11,344 nt of DNA from Candidatus Eiseniibacteriota bacterium (lineage in GTDB: Bacteria > Eisenbacteria > RBG-16-71-46 > JABDJR01): assembly GCA_963783375.1 (NCBI GenBank), contig CAWANH010000015.1:1-11344 (forward strand). The letters run 5' to 3'. The notes below the pieces were generated by a model, which saw only the letters and a program-made list of their open reading frames with translations, searched no databases and was not told the DNA's origin. Below are positions 1 through 6,924 of the stretch, one piece after another. Every line of letters starts with the position of its first letter. Position 1 is the stretch's first letter. Both the position numbers and the translations under genes were made by a program.

Positions 1-2
1 AT

Positions 3-305
3 GCCGAGTTCCTGGTCGGGGACATTCGCGCCCTCCTCGCCGATCCCGAGCTTCGGCGAACCCTGGCCCCCGACGCGGTGGTCCTGGATCCGCCCCGGGA
101 GGGGATCCACGCCGACGTGGCGGCGGCGCTGATCGATCTCGCTCCGGGCCGGATCGTCTACGTCTCATGCAATCCGGCCACCCTGGCCCGGGACCTGGCC
201 CTCTTCGCCGCCGGCGGCTACCGGCCGGAGCCGGTCCTCCCGGTGGACATGTTCCCCCACACCGCTCACGTGGAATGCGTGACCGCGCTCCGGAGAGCCA
301 CATGA
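3..305 (+). CDS. rlmD: 23S rRNA (uracil-C5)-methyltransferase, RlmD/TrmA family, C-terminal part (5'-truncated by window edge)
   Basis: Frame is open from position 3 (AEFLVGDIRALL...). It contains the m5U methyltransferase motifs VVLDPPREG, IVYVSCNPATLARD (catalytic Cys) and DMFPHTAHVE. Stop TGA is at 303-305. Confidence 0.9.
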   Translation, partial: AEFLVGDIRALLADPELRRTLAPDAVVLDPPREGIHADVAAALIDLAPGRIVYVSCNPATLARDLALFAAGGYRPEPVLPVDMFPHTAHVECVTALRRAT

Positions 306-1195
306 CCCCCCTCCCCACGATCCGGCCGGCCCGGTCGGGCGACCTCGGCGAGGTGAGCCGGCTGGTCGGACGGTTGAACGCGCTCCCCGAGCAACGCTCT
401 CTCATGCTGGACGAGACGGTGGACGGGGTCCGGAAGAACCTCGAGGAGTTCGACGACCCCTGGGAGTCCTGCTTCGTGGTCTCGGAGATCGGGTCGGGGA
501 TCACGGGCGCCGCCGGCGCGGAGTGGACCCCCGCCAATCGCCGGGGCCGGCTGTTCGGACCCTTCGTGGAGGCCGAACCCGCGGGCCCGGCGTTCGGAGG
601 CCTCCTCACCGCAGCGGTGGCCCTGATTCCCCCGGGGATCGACACCCTGGACGCCTTCATCGATCACGCCGCGGTGATCGCCCGCCGAGGCCTCGAAGCC
701 GGCGCGTTCGAGGAGATCCGGCGGGTGCTGATCTACACCGCGCCACTCCCCGGCCGGAACCCCACCCCCGTCGAGCCCGGCCGCGATCTTTCCCCCGAAC
801 ACGAGAAAGCGTTCCTCGAACTCCACCGGCTCTGCTTTCCCGATTCCTACACCGAGGGACGAACGCTTCTGGCCTCACGGGACGAGCGGAGCCGGATCCT
901 CATGGCCACCGAGGGTCCGCGCCTCAGCGGCTACCTGGCCGCGAACCTGGAGGAAGGGCCGAGCGAGGGGTTCGTGCAGTACCTGGGGGTGGCGCCGGAT
1001 CTCCGCGGGAGGGGCCTCGGCCGACGGTTGTCGGCGCAGTCGCTTCGATGGTTCCGGGAGACCGGCATGCCCCAGGCCTCCCTCACCGTGGAGGACAAGA
1101 ACACCGGCGCCCGCGGCCTTTACGAGAGCGTGGGGTTCTCGGTGTTCCGGAGCGGGGTGGTGCTCCGGAAGGATCTCGCCGCCGCGACTCCCTGA
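302..1195 (+). CDS. GNAT-family N-acetyltransferase with two tandem GNAT domains (297 aa), substrate unknown
   Basis: ATG at 302 overlaps the rlmD stop (ATGA); the ORF-track start at 167 lies inside rlmD. The N-terminus TIRPARSGD is a typical GNAT start. The C-terminal domain has acetyl-CoA motif A (LGVAPDLRGRGLGRRL) and LTVEDKNTGARGLYESVGF. Confidence 0.88.
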   Translation: MTPLPTIRPARSGDLGEVSRLVGRLNALPEQRSLMLDETVDGVRKNLEEFDDPWESCFVVSEIGSGITGAAGAEWTPANRRGRLFGPFVEAEPAGPAFGGLLTAAVALIPPGIDTLDAFIDHAAVIARRGLEAGAFEEIRRVLIYTAPLPGRNPTPVEPGRDLSPEHEKAFLELHRLCFPDSYTEGRTLLASRDERSRILMATEGPRLSGYLAANLEEGPSEGFVQYLGVAPDLRGRGLGRRLSAQSLRWFRETGMPQASLTVEDKNTGARGLYESVGFSVFRSGVVLRKDLAAATP

Positions 1196-1199
1196 GGCC

Positions 1200-1220
1200 G
1201 ACCCGCGCGCCGGGCGGGTT
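1200..1220. terminator. possible weak hairpin between the convergent GNAT and coaX genes
   Basis: ACCCGC (1201-1206) and GCGGGT (1214-1219) form an inverted repeat with a 7-nt loop. There is no U-tract on either strand. Confidence 0.2.
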
Positions 1221-1232
1221 CAAGGCGGGGGG

Positions 1233-2009
1233 TCACGATTTGGCGGCGCGCTCCCATACCAGCCGGATCCCGTTCACGGTCAGGGATTCGTCCACTGCGG
1301 TGATGGTCTCCGAGGCCTCGGCAATGGCGGTCGCCAGCCCCCCGGTCGCCACCACCGGGAGCCCCGGTGCCAAACCCATCTCCTTCACCACCGCCCGCAC
1401 CAGCGCGTCCACGCCCCCCACCGCCCCGTAGAAGATCCCCGCCTGCATGCTCTCCTCGGTGGTGCGGCCCACCACGTGGGCCGGACGCTTGATCTCCACC
1501 CGGGCCAGGCGCGCGCCGTGGGAGAACAGGGCGTTGGCCCCGGTGGAGATCCCCGGGGCGATCACCCCCCCGGCGTACTCCCGGTTCGCGGTAATCACGT
1601 CGAGGGTGGTGGCGGTGCCGAGATCCACGACGATGGATGGCGCGCCGTACCCCGCGATGACCGCGACCGCGTTCACCAGGCGGTCGGCCCCCACCGAGGC
1701 GCGATCGTGATAGAGGATGGGAAGGTCGGGGACCGCCCGGTGGTCGATCACCATTGCCTCCCGGTCGAACAGCCGGCGGGCCAGGACGCGATACTCGGGG
1801 GTGAGTCCGGGCACCACCGAGGACACCGCCATCCCGGTGATCTCCCGCTCCTCGGCGCCCACGCTGCTCAGGAGATAGTGGAAGAGCACCGAAAGCTCGT
1901 CCCCGGTCTGGCGGGGGGAACTGGTGAGCCGCCAGTGATGCTTCAGGGTCTCCCCCTCGAAAAGGGCGACCAGGGTTTCGGAGTTTCCGACGTCGACGGC
2001 CAACAACAT
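1233..2009 (-). CDS. coaX: type III pantothenate kinase
   Basis: Motifs LLAVDVGNSET, SSVVP, VGADR, VVDLGTATT, GGVIAPG and VATGG are present in a 258-aa protein. A purine-rich RBS (GGAAAGGAAAAGACC) precedes the ATG. Confidence 0.95.
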   Translation of the reverse strand: MLLAVDVGNSETLVALFEGETLKHHWRLTSSPRQTGDELSVLFHYLLSSVGAEEREITGMAVSSVVPGLTPEYRVLARRLFDREAMVIDHRAVPDLPILYHDRASVGADRLVNAVAVIAGYGAPSIVVDLGTATTLDVITANREYAGGVIAPGISTGANALFSHGARLARVEIKRPAHVVGRTTEESMQAGIFYGAVGGVDALVRAVVKEMGLAPGLPVVATGGLATAIAEASETITAVDESLTVNGIRLVWERAAKS

Positions 2010-2034
2010 GGTCTTTTCCTTTCCGGCCTCGGGA

Positions 2035-2859
2035 TCAGTCCTCGGGAGCCTCGGGTTCCGCCGGCTCCCCGGCCTCGCGCTCCCGGCGCCGTTCCTCCCG
2101 CTCCTCCCGGGCTCGAGTGGCGCGCTTTCCCTTGTAGACCGTGGACGAGACGATGAAGCTCAGGACGAGGAGGATCAGCAGAGGGATGGCCAGGGCGATC
2201 TGCGATATCGGGTCCGCCGGGGTCAGCACCGCGGAGGTGATGAAGATGACCACCACCGAATGGCGCCAGAAGCGCTTGAAGAACGACGGGTTCAGGACGC
2301 CGATCGAGGTGAGGAACGCGGAGAAGAGCGGGAGCTGGAAGATCAGCCCGCAGGCCAACCCCATGGCGAACACCATGTCCAGGAGGGAACCCACCTCGAT
2401 CTGGGGGGCCAGGTTCAGGGTGCCGAAGCCGATCAGCACCCTCACCATGAGCGGGGTCATGATGAAGTAGGAGAAGCTGATCCCCACGTAGAACAGCAGC
2501 ACCGAGGAAACCACCCCGGGCAGCACCACCTTGCGCTCCCGGTCCAGGAGACCCGGCCCCACGAAGCTCCAGATCTTCCAGAAGATGTACGGCAGGGTGA
2601 GAATGATGCCGAGGATGATGGCGACCTTGAGCCGGGCGAGGAAGGCCCCCTGGGGCTTGAGGAACACCGCCTTCGTGGCGGTGGAGTTGATGAGCCAGGT
2701 GAGGATGCGCCCCGAGAAGGACCAGGCCAGCGCCCCTCCCACCGCGACGGCAATGATGACGCGGATCAGGGTCTGCCGGAGTTCCTCCAGGTGCTGGAGG
2801 AAGGGCATGACCCTATCATCCTGGGAGTCGCCGATCCGGTCGGGGGAATCCACGGGCAA
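2035..2859 (-). CDS. tatC: twin-arginine translocase subunit TatC
   Basis: Motifs MPFLQHLEELR, IWSFVGPGLLDRER, GLIFQLP and VLTPADPISQ, about six hydrophobic segments, and a charged C-terminal tail. The start is uncertain: TTG 2859, GTG 2853 or ATG 2808. Confidence 0.95.
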   Translation of the reverse strand: MPVDSPDRIGDSQDDRVMPFLQHLEELRQTLIRVIIAVAVGGALAWSFSGRILTWLINSTATKAVFLKPQGAFLARLKVAIILGIILTLPYIFWKIWSFVGPGLLDRERKVVLPGVVSSVLLFYVGISFSYFIMTPLMVRVLIGFGTLNLAPQIEVGSLLDMVFAMGLACGLIFQLPLFSAFLTSIGVLNPSFFKRFWRHSVVVIFITSAVLTPADPISQIALAIPLLILLVLSFIVSSTVYKGKRATRAREEREERRREREAGEPAEPEAPED

Positions 2860-2864
2860 GGGAG

Positions 2865-3344
2865 CTACTCTCGGGATCGCGGCGGCTTCGGCTCACCGGC
2901 GCCCAGCCCCTGGATCTCATCGAGAAACTGATTGACGTCCTTGAACTGCCGGTAGACCGACGCGAACCGGACGTAGGCAACCTCGTCGAGACCCTGCAGC
3001 TCTTCCATCACCCGCTCCCCGATCAGCTTGCTCGGGACCTCGCCCGGGGCCCGGCGCTGGATCTCGGTCTCGATCCGGTCGACCATCTCCTCGATCTGGG
3101 TGAGGGAAATGGGCCGCTTCTCGCAGGCCCGGGAGATCCCGGCGATGATCTTCTCGCGGCTGAAAGTCTCCCGCTTCCCGTCCCGCTTCACCACCACCAT
3201 GCTGGCGTTTTCCACGTACTCATAGGTGGTGAACCGGTTTCCGCACCCGATGCACTCCCGGCGCCGGCGGATGGCTCGGCCTTCCTTGGTGGACCTGGAG
3301 TCGATGACGCGGTCCTCGAGGTGGCCGCATTTCGGACAGCGCAT
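2865..3344 (-). CDS. nrdR: transcriptional repressor NrdR (zinc ribbon + ATP cone), 159 aa
   Basis: N-terminus MRCPKCGHLEDRVIDSR...AIRRRRECIGCGNRFTTYE, then ATP cone VVKRDGKRE...DEVAYVRFASVYRQF. The true start is ATG 3344 with SD GAGGGGG; the extension to 4313 in the ORF track is spurious. Confidence 0.97.
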   Translation of the reverse strand: MRCPKCGHLEDRVIDSRSTKEGRAIRRRRECIGCGNRFTTYEYVENASMVVVKRDGKRETFSREKIIAGISRACEKRPISLTQIEEMVDRIETEIQRRAPGEVPSKLIGERVMEELQGLDEVAYVRFASVYRQFKDVNQFLDEIQGLGAGEPKPPRSRE

Positions 3345-3367
3345 GGCTTCCCCCCTCGCTCCCGGGA

Positions 3368-3383
3368 GCGCAGGATCTCGTGG
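3368..3383. promoter_or_regulatory. NrdR box 2 (putative, weaker)
   Basis: The minus strand reads ccaCGAGATCCTGcgc (9/16 match to consensus). It is offset exactly 31 bp from box 1, the typical tandem NrdR-box spacing, and lies just downstream of the predicted transcription start. Confidence 0.5.
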
Positions 3384-3391
3384 GAGGTGGG

Positions 3392-3421
3392 ATGCTACCC
3401 GCCATATCTGGGGGTTGTCAA
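3392..3421 (-). promoter_or_regulatory. sigma70-type promoter of nrdR(-tatC-coaX)
   Basis: The minus strand reads TTGACA (3421-3416, perfect -35), an 18-nt spacer, then TAGCAT (3397-3392, TAnnnT -10), 47 nt upstream of the nrdR ATG. Confidence 0.75.
3399..3414. promoter_or_regulatory. NrdR box 1 (putative)
   Basis: ccgCCATATCTGGggg resembles the NrdR consensus acaCwAtATaTwGtgt, with C, A, central AT, T and G all conserved. It lies between the -35 and -10 of the nrdR promoter. Confidence 0.65.
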
Positions 3422-3442
3422 CGCGTCCCGACGGCCCGCCGC

Positions 3443-3471
3443 TAGGCAACAACGGACGCTTCTGGTAGTAT
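3443..3471 (+). promoter_or_regulatory. putative sigma70-type promoter for the FG-GAP gene
   Basis: TAGGCA (3443-3448), a 17-nt spacer, then TAGTAT (3466-3471) preceded by TG-n (extended -10), within an AT-rich patch. It sits back-to-back with the nrdR promoter. Confidence 0.45.
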
Positions 3472-3600
3472 TTAGGGCTCAACTTCCGCCAGTGACCACC
3501 GACCCTGATCGCCTCAGCATCCCAAGAGAATCCGGTTCCGGCCGATTCGCGAGCCCCGAGGCCCGGCGCGAGTTTTCGACAGGATGCCGGAACGAGCACC

Positions 3601-6600
3601 ATGAAGCTTGGACGGCTCTCCCTCCTCATAGTTCTCCTCTCGACAGGAATCCCGGCCAACCCCGGGCGGGCCGCCGCGTCCACCCCGGTTCCGTACTGGG
3701 ACCTCTCCCGCGACTGGAACCCGGGCCAGATCACCTTGTTCAACCCGGACAGCCTGGACGGCCAGAATGGGGTTCCGGTCAAGGCGGCGGATCTGAACGG
3801 GGACGGCCGATCCGAGGTGGTGGTGAGCGCCTTCAACGGCGACGGGCCCCGAGGAGGCGCCTTCCGGGAGTCGGCCGGCGAGATCCACGTGTTCTTCTGG
3901 GACGGGACGCCGTTCGGGCAGGCGGTGGATTTCGCCCGCTCCGACTCCCGGGTGCTGGAGATCTTCGGACCCGGACCGGGATGGTATCTCGGGGATGCCC
4001 TGGCCCGAGGCGACGTCGACGGCGACGGCATCGACGACGTGGTGGTGGGGGCCTTCGGCGCCGGCCAATCCGGGAGGGTCCACGCCGGGATGGTGTACGT
4101 CCTTTTCGGAGACTCCACCCTGGCCGGGGGGGCGAGCATCGATCTTGCCCAGGGCCTCCCCCCCGGCATGACCTCCGTCCTGGGAAGCGACCCCGACGAT
4201 CGTCTGGGGGTCTGGAGCGCGGTGGGCGACGTGAACGGGGATGGATCCCCGGACCTGGTTATGGGAGCGGACCGCGCCGGCGGGCCGGGGGGAGCCAGAG
4301 CCGAGGCCGGCAAGGTGGTCGTGCTCTACGGCCCCATCCCGCGGGGAACGGCCATCGATCTCGCCGACACCACCGCGTGGTCCACCAGCCTCATCTGGGG
4401 AATCGACTCCGAGGACCACTTCGGGTCCACCACCGAATGCGCGGACCTGGACGGTGACGGCTACGCCGACGTGGTGGGCGCGGCCTCCGCGAAGGGTCTC
4501 TCCCGGAACACCTACGACAACGGCGGAGCCGCCGACGGACCACCTTATAAGTACCGGCCGGACTCCGGGGAAACCTGGATCGTCTGGGGGGGACCCGCCC
4601 TCCCCGACACCGTGGACCTGGCCGCTCCCCCCGCCGGGGTGTCGCTGACCGTCATCTACGGCCGGGCGAGCGGGGCCCTCTGCGGCGAGGAGCTGAGCGT
4701 TGCGGACGTGAACGGGGACGGCCTGAGCGACCTGCTCGTCGGATCCCTGACCACCGACGGCCCCCCCTACGACTATCGCTCGAACGGGGGCGAAGGCTAC
4801 GTCTTCTACGGCTCCCCCACCCTCCGGGACACCCTTCTGGACATGGCCTCCACGGCCTACCCGCACCTCACGGTCTACGGGGTCGACGGGTCCATCGCCA
4901 CGGACTCCTTCACCGCCGGAGACGTGAACGGCGACGGTTACGACGACCTCCTGGTGGGCATGCCCCACGATCCGGGACCCACGGGCCGGAAAGCGGGAGC
5001 GGTGGGCGTCCTCTACGGCGCTCCCGACCTACCTCCGGTCATCGACCTGGAGTCCCCTCCCACCCCCTACACCCTGATCGAGGGGGCCGATCACGACGAC
5101 GACACCGCCTACTGGTCCAGCATCGGCGACGTGGACGGGGACGGTCGGATGGACCCGATCATCAACGCCATGTCCGGCGGCGGACCGCGGAACAGCCGCT
5201 ACCACACCGGGGACGCCCGGATCGTGAGCGGGGCCTGGCTCACCCTCCATCCCGCCCCACCCACGAATCTCTCGGTCACGCTCACTTCCCCGGGGAATCG
5301 GGCGCGCCTCTCCTGGAGCCCCTCCCCCACCCCGGAAACCACCGGATACCGGGTGCTCCAGGGCCCGGATGCGGATCATCTCTACCCGAGCCCGAGCGCC
5401 GTCCTCACCGGGACCGAAGCCCAGGTCCTCGACCTCCCGTTCTACACCCCGGTGACCTTCGCGGTGCAGGCGGTCATCGGGGGTCTGGAGAGCCGCACAT
5501 CCGACCCGGTGGGCGCGAAGCCGGGGACCACCCCACCCACGGCGCTGGCCGCCCAGCGTCTGGGAAACACCTCGGTCGCCCTCACCTGGAAGGCCTCCCC
5601 CGACCCCGACATCCTCGGCTACCGCCTGTACCGGGTTTTCGAGGTGGACGAAGCGGGGTCCGAGACACCCCTCCCCGGCGTCCACGACCTGGTCACGCCG
5701 GAGATCCTGCCCACCTGCGCCTTCGTGGACACCACCGCTCCACCCTTCAGCGCCCTACAGTACCGGGTGACTACGGTGGTGGGACCTCTTACCGAATCCC
5801 TTTTTTCGGAACCGGCGAACGTCTTCACCCGGCCCGACACGGTGGGGAGCGGCCTGCTCCTGGTCAACGACTACAACTGGTTTCTGTACTCCGACGGCCC
5901 CGCCCCCAACTATCCCGCGGACCCGTACGAGATGTACGATGCCCGCGCGGTGACCGGGAGCGTGCCCTTCGACTTCTGGGACATGCGCACCGGCTGGAGC
6001 ACGTATCCCTCGGGGTACGTCCCCTTGGGAAAGGGAAGCCTGGACCCCGCCGTGCTCTTCCAGCACGCGGCGGTCCTCTGGTGCGCCCAAGGCCTGGACA
6101 ACACCGACGACGAGCGGATCAGCGACCTGCAGGACCTCCTCCTCGGCTTCCATGAGGCCGGGGGCAGGATCATCTTCGCCGGCTGGTTGATGGACTTCTA
6201 CATTCCCCCGGAGATCCAGCAGGTTCTGAACGTCGTCGACTGGGACCGGCCGGTCAGCGTCACTCCGTCGCGCCTGCTCACCCCCCAGCTCCCGGGGCTC
6301 ACGTCCATCGGCCCCGCCCCCGACGTCTCCTCCGCGTTCAACTGCGCGGTGCCGGTCTTCGGCCCCGGTGGGGGCATCTACACCTATTACCGGCTGAATT
6401 TCGAGGCTCACCCTCCACTCTGCTTCAGCTCCACCGACTCCACCGGAGCCCAGATCGTGGTGATCTCCGCCGGCCCGTCCTATCTCGATCCGGTTGCCCT
6501 GGGTCAGAACATGTCCCGCATCCTCGCGACCCTCGGGCTCGATCCGGGGGTGATCGCGGTGCCGGACGGGGGAGCCCCGCCACCCACGCTCAGCCCGGCC

Positions 6601-6855
6601 TTCCCCAATCCATCCCACGGATCCGCGTCGGTCAGCTTCCGGCTCGACGCTCCCTGCCCGGTCGACGCCCAGGTGTACGACCTTCAGGGGCGCCGGGTGC
6701 GGCTCCTGACCTCGGGAAACTGCCCGGCCGGAGTCTCGATCCTGACCTGGGACGGCCGGGACGACGCGGGCCGCCGGGCCCCGGGGGGACTCTATTTCGT
6801 GCGGGTTTCCACCCAATCCTTTCACGCCTCCCGGCGCGTGATGCTCCTGCCCTGA
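3601..6855 (+). CDS. secreted FG-GAP repeat (integrin-alpha-like beta-propeller) protein with two FN3 domains and a C-terminal FlgD-Ig/T9SS-type sorting-like domain
   Basis: Sec-type signal peptide MKLGRLSLLIVLLSTG...AAA; seven D[LV][ND]GDG loops; FN3 signatures PAPPTNL..LSW..GYRV and TPPTAL..LTW..DILGYRLYR; C-terminus FPNP..VYDLQGRRVRLL..WDGRDDAGRR..GLYFVRV..RRVMLL. Confidence 0.9.
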   Translation: MKLGRLSLLIVLLSTGIPANPGRAAASTPVPYWDLSRDWNPGQITLFNPDSLDGQNGVPVKAADLNGDGRSEVVVSAFNGDGPRGGAFRESAGEIHVFFWDGTPFGQAVDFARSDSRVLEIFGPGPGWYLGDALARGDVDGDGIDDVVVGAFGAGQSGRVHAGMVYVLFGDSTLAGGASIDLAQGLPPGMTSVLGSDPDDRLGVWSAVGDVNGDGSPDLVMGADRAGGPGGARAEAGKVVVLYGPIPRGTAIDLADTTAWSTSLIWGIDSEDHFGSTTECADLDGDGYADVVGAASAKGLSRNTYDNGGAADGPPYKYRPDSGETWIVWGGPALPDTVDLAAPPAGVSLTVIYGRASGALCGEELSVADVNGDGLSDLLVGSLTTDGPPYDYRSNGGEGYVFYGSPTLRDTLLDMASTAYPHLTVYGVDGSIATDSFTAGDVNGDGYDDLLVGMPHDPGPTGRKAGAVGVLYGAPDLPPVIDLESPPTPYTLIEGADHDDDTAYWSSIGDVDGDGRMDPIINAMSGGGPRNSRYHTGDARIVSGAWLTLHPAPPTNLSVTLTSPGNRARLSWSPSPTPETTGYRVLQGPDADHLYPSPSAVLTGTEAQVLDLPFYTPVTFAVQAVIGGLESRTSDPVGAKPGTTPPTALAAQRLGNTSVALTWKASPDPDILGYRLYRVFEVDEAGSETPLPGVHDLVTPEILPTCAFVDTTAPPFSALQYRVTTVVGPLTESLFSEPANVFTRPDTVGSGLLLVNDYNWFLYSDGPAPNYPADPYEMYDARAVTGSVPFDFWDMRTGWSTYPSGYVPLGKGSLDPAVLFQHAAVLWCAQGLDNTDDERISDLQDLLLGFHEAGGRIIFAGWLMDFYIPPEIQQVLNVVDWDRPVSVTPSRLLTPQLPGLTSIGPAPDVSSAFNCAVPVFGPGGGIYTYYRLNFEAHPPLCFSSTDSTGAQIVVISAGPSYLDPVALGQNMSRILATLGLDPGVIAVPDGGAPPPTLSPAFPNPSHGSASVSFRLDAPCPVDAQVYDLQGRRVRLLTSGNCPAGVSILTWDGRDDAGRRAPGGLYFVRVSTQSFHASRRVMLLP
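3790..5240 (+). repeat. seven FG-GAP protein-level repeats
   Basis: DLNGDGRSE, DVDGDGIDD, DVNGDGSPD, DLDGDGYAD, DVNGDGLSD, DVNGDGYDD and DVDGDGRMD, each followed by a hydrophobic strand and a G-x-hydrophobic strand such as AGKVVVLYG. Degenerate at the DNA level. Confidence 0.85.
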
Positions 6856-6865
6856 TCCGTCTCAA

Positions 6866-6924
6866 GTTCCTCTCCCCGAGTCCGATATCCGAAGCACCCG
6901 TCCGTGTCATCCGGGGAGGAGAAT
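6866..6924 (+). promoter_or_regulatory. possible anti-Shine-Dalgarno stem over the RBS of the PilB-like gene
   Basis: GTTCCTCTCCCCG (6866-6878) can pair with CGGGGAGGAGAAT (6912-6924): 10 Watson-Crick pairs, 2 G-U pairs, 1 mismatch and a 33-nt loop. The stem covers GGAGG (6915-6919). Confidence 0.35.

Noticed and set aside
167-301. N-terminal extension of the GNAT ORF from ATG 167
   Set aside because: It overlaps the conserved rlmD C-terminus in another frame and is low-complexity Pro/Arg/Gly sequence. ATG 302 gives an ATGA coupling and a typical GNAT start.
3601-3690. FG-GAP protein as a Tat substrate of the neighbouring TatC
   Set aside because: The signal peptide has no twin-arginine motif (MKLGRLSLL) and looks Sec-type.
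3345-4313. 482-aa ORF suggesting a long N-terminally extended NrdR
   Set aside because: The extension is antisense to the FG-GAP gene and runs through the promoter region. The canonical MRCP start at 3344 has its own SD.
3790-5150. Recurring GACGTGAACGGGGAC-like DNA repeats as CRISPR or tandem repeats
   Set aside because: They are short, degenerate, in-frame and about 200 or more nt apart, and they simply encode the FG-GAP DxxGDG loops.
3514-6825. Long antisense or alternative-frame ORFs (3514-4968, 5029-5685, 5755-6825; likewise 523-1431, 2008-2931, 7292-8434, 8004-9251, 8161-9396, 9808-11100)
   Set aside because: These are shadow ORFs expected from high-GC codon bias. They have no recognisable motifs and overlap well-supported genes.
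6856-6922. c-di-GMP riboswitch upstream of the MshEN/pilT genes
   Set aside because: The spacer is only 67 nt and I cannot identify the two-stem GEMM architecture. It is kept only as a possible anti-SD stem.
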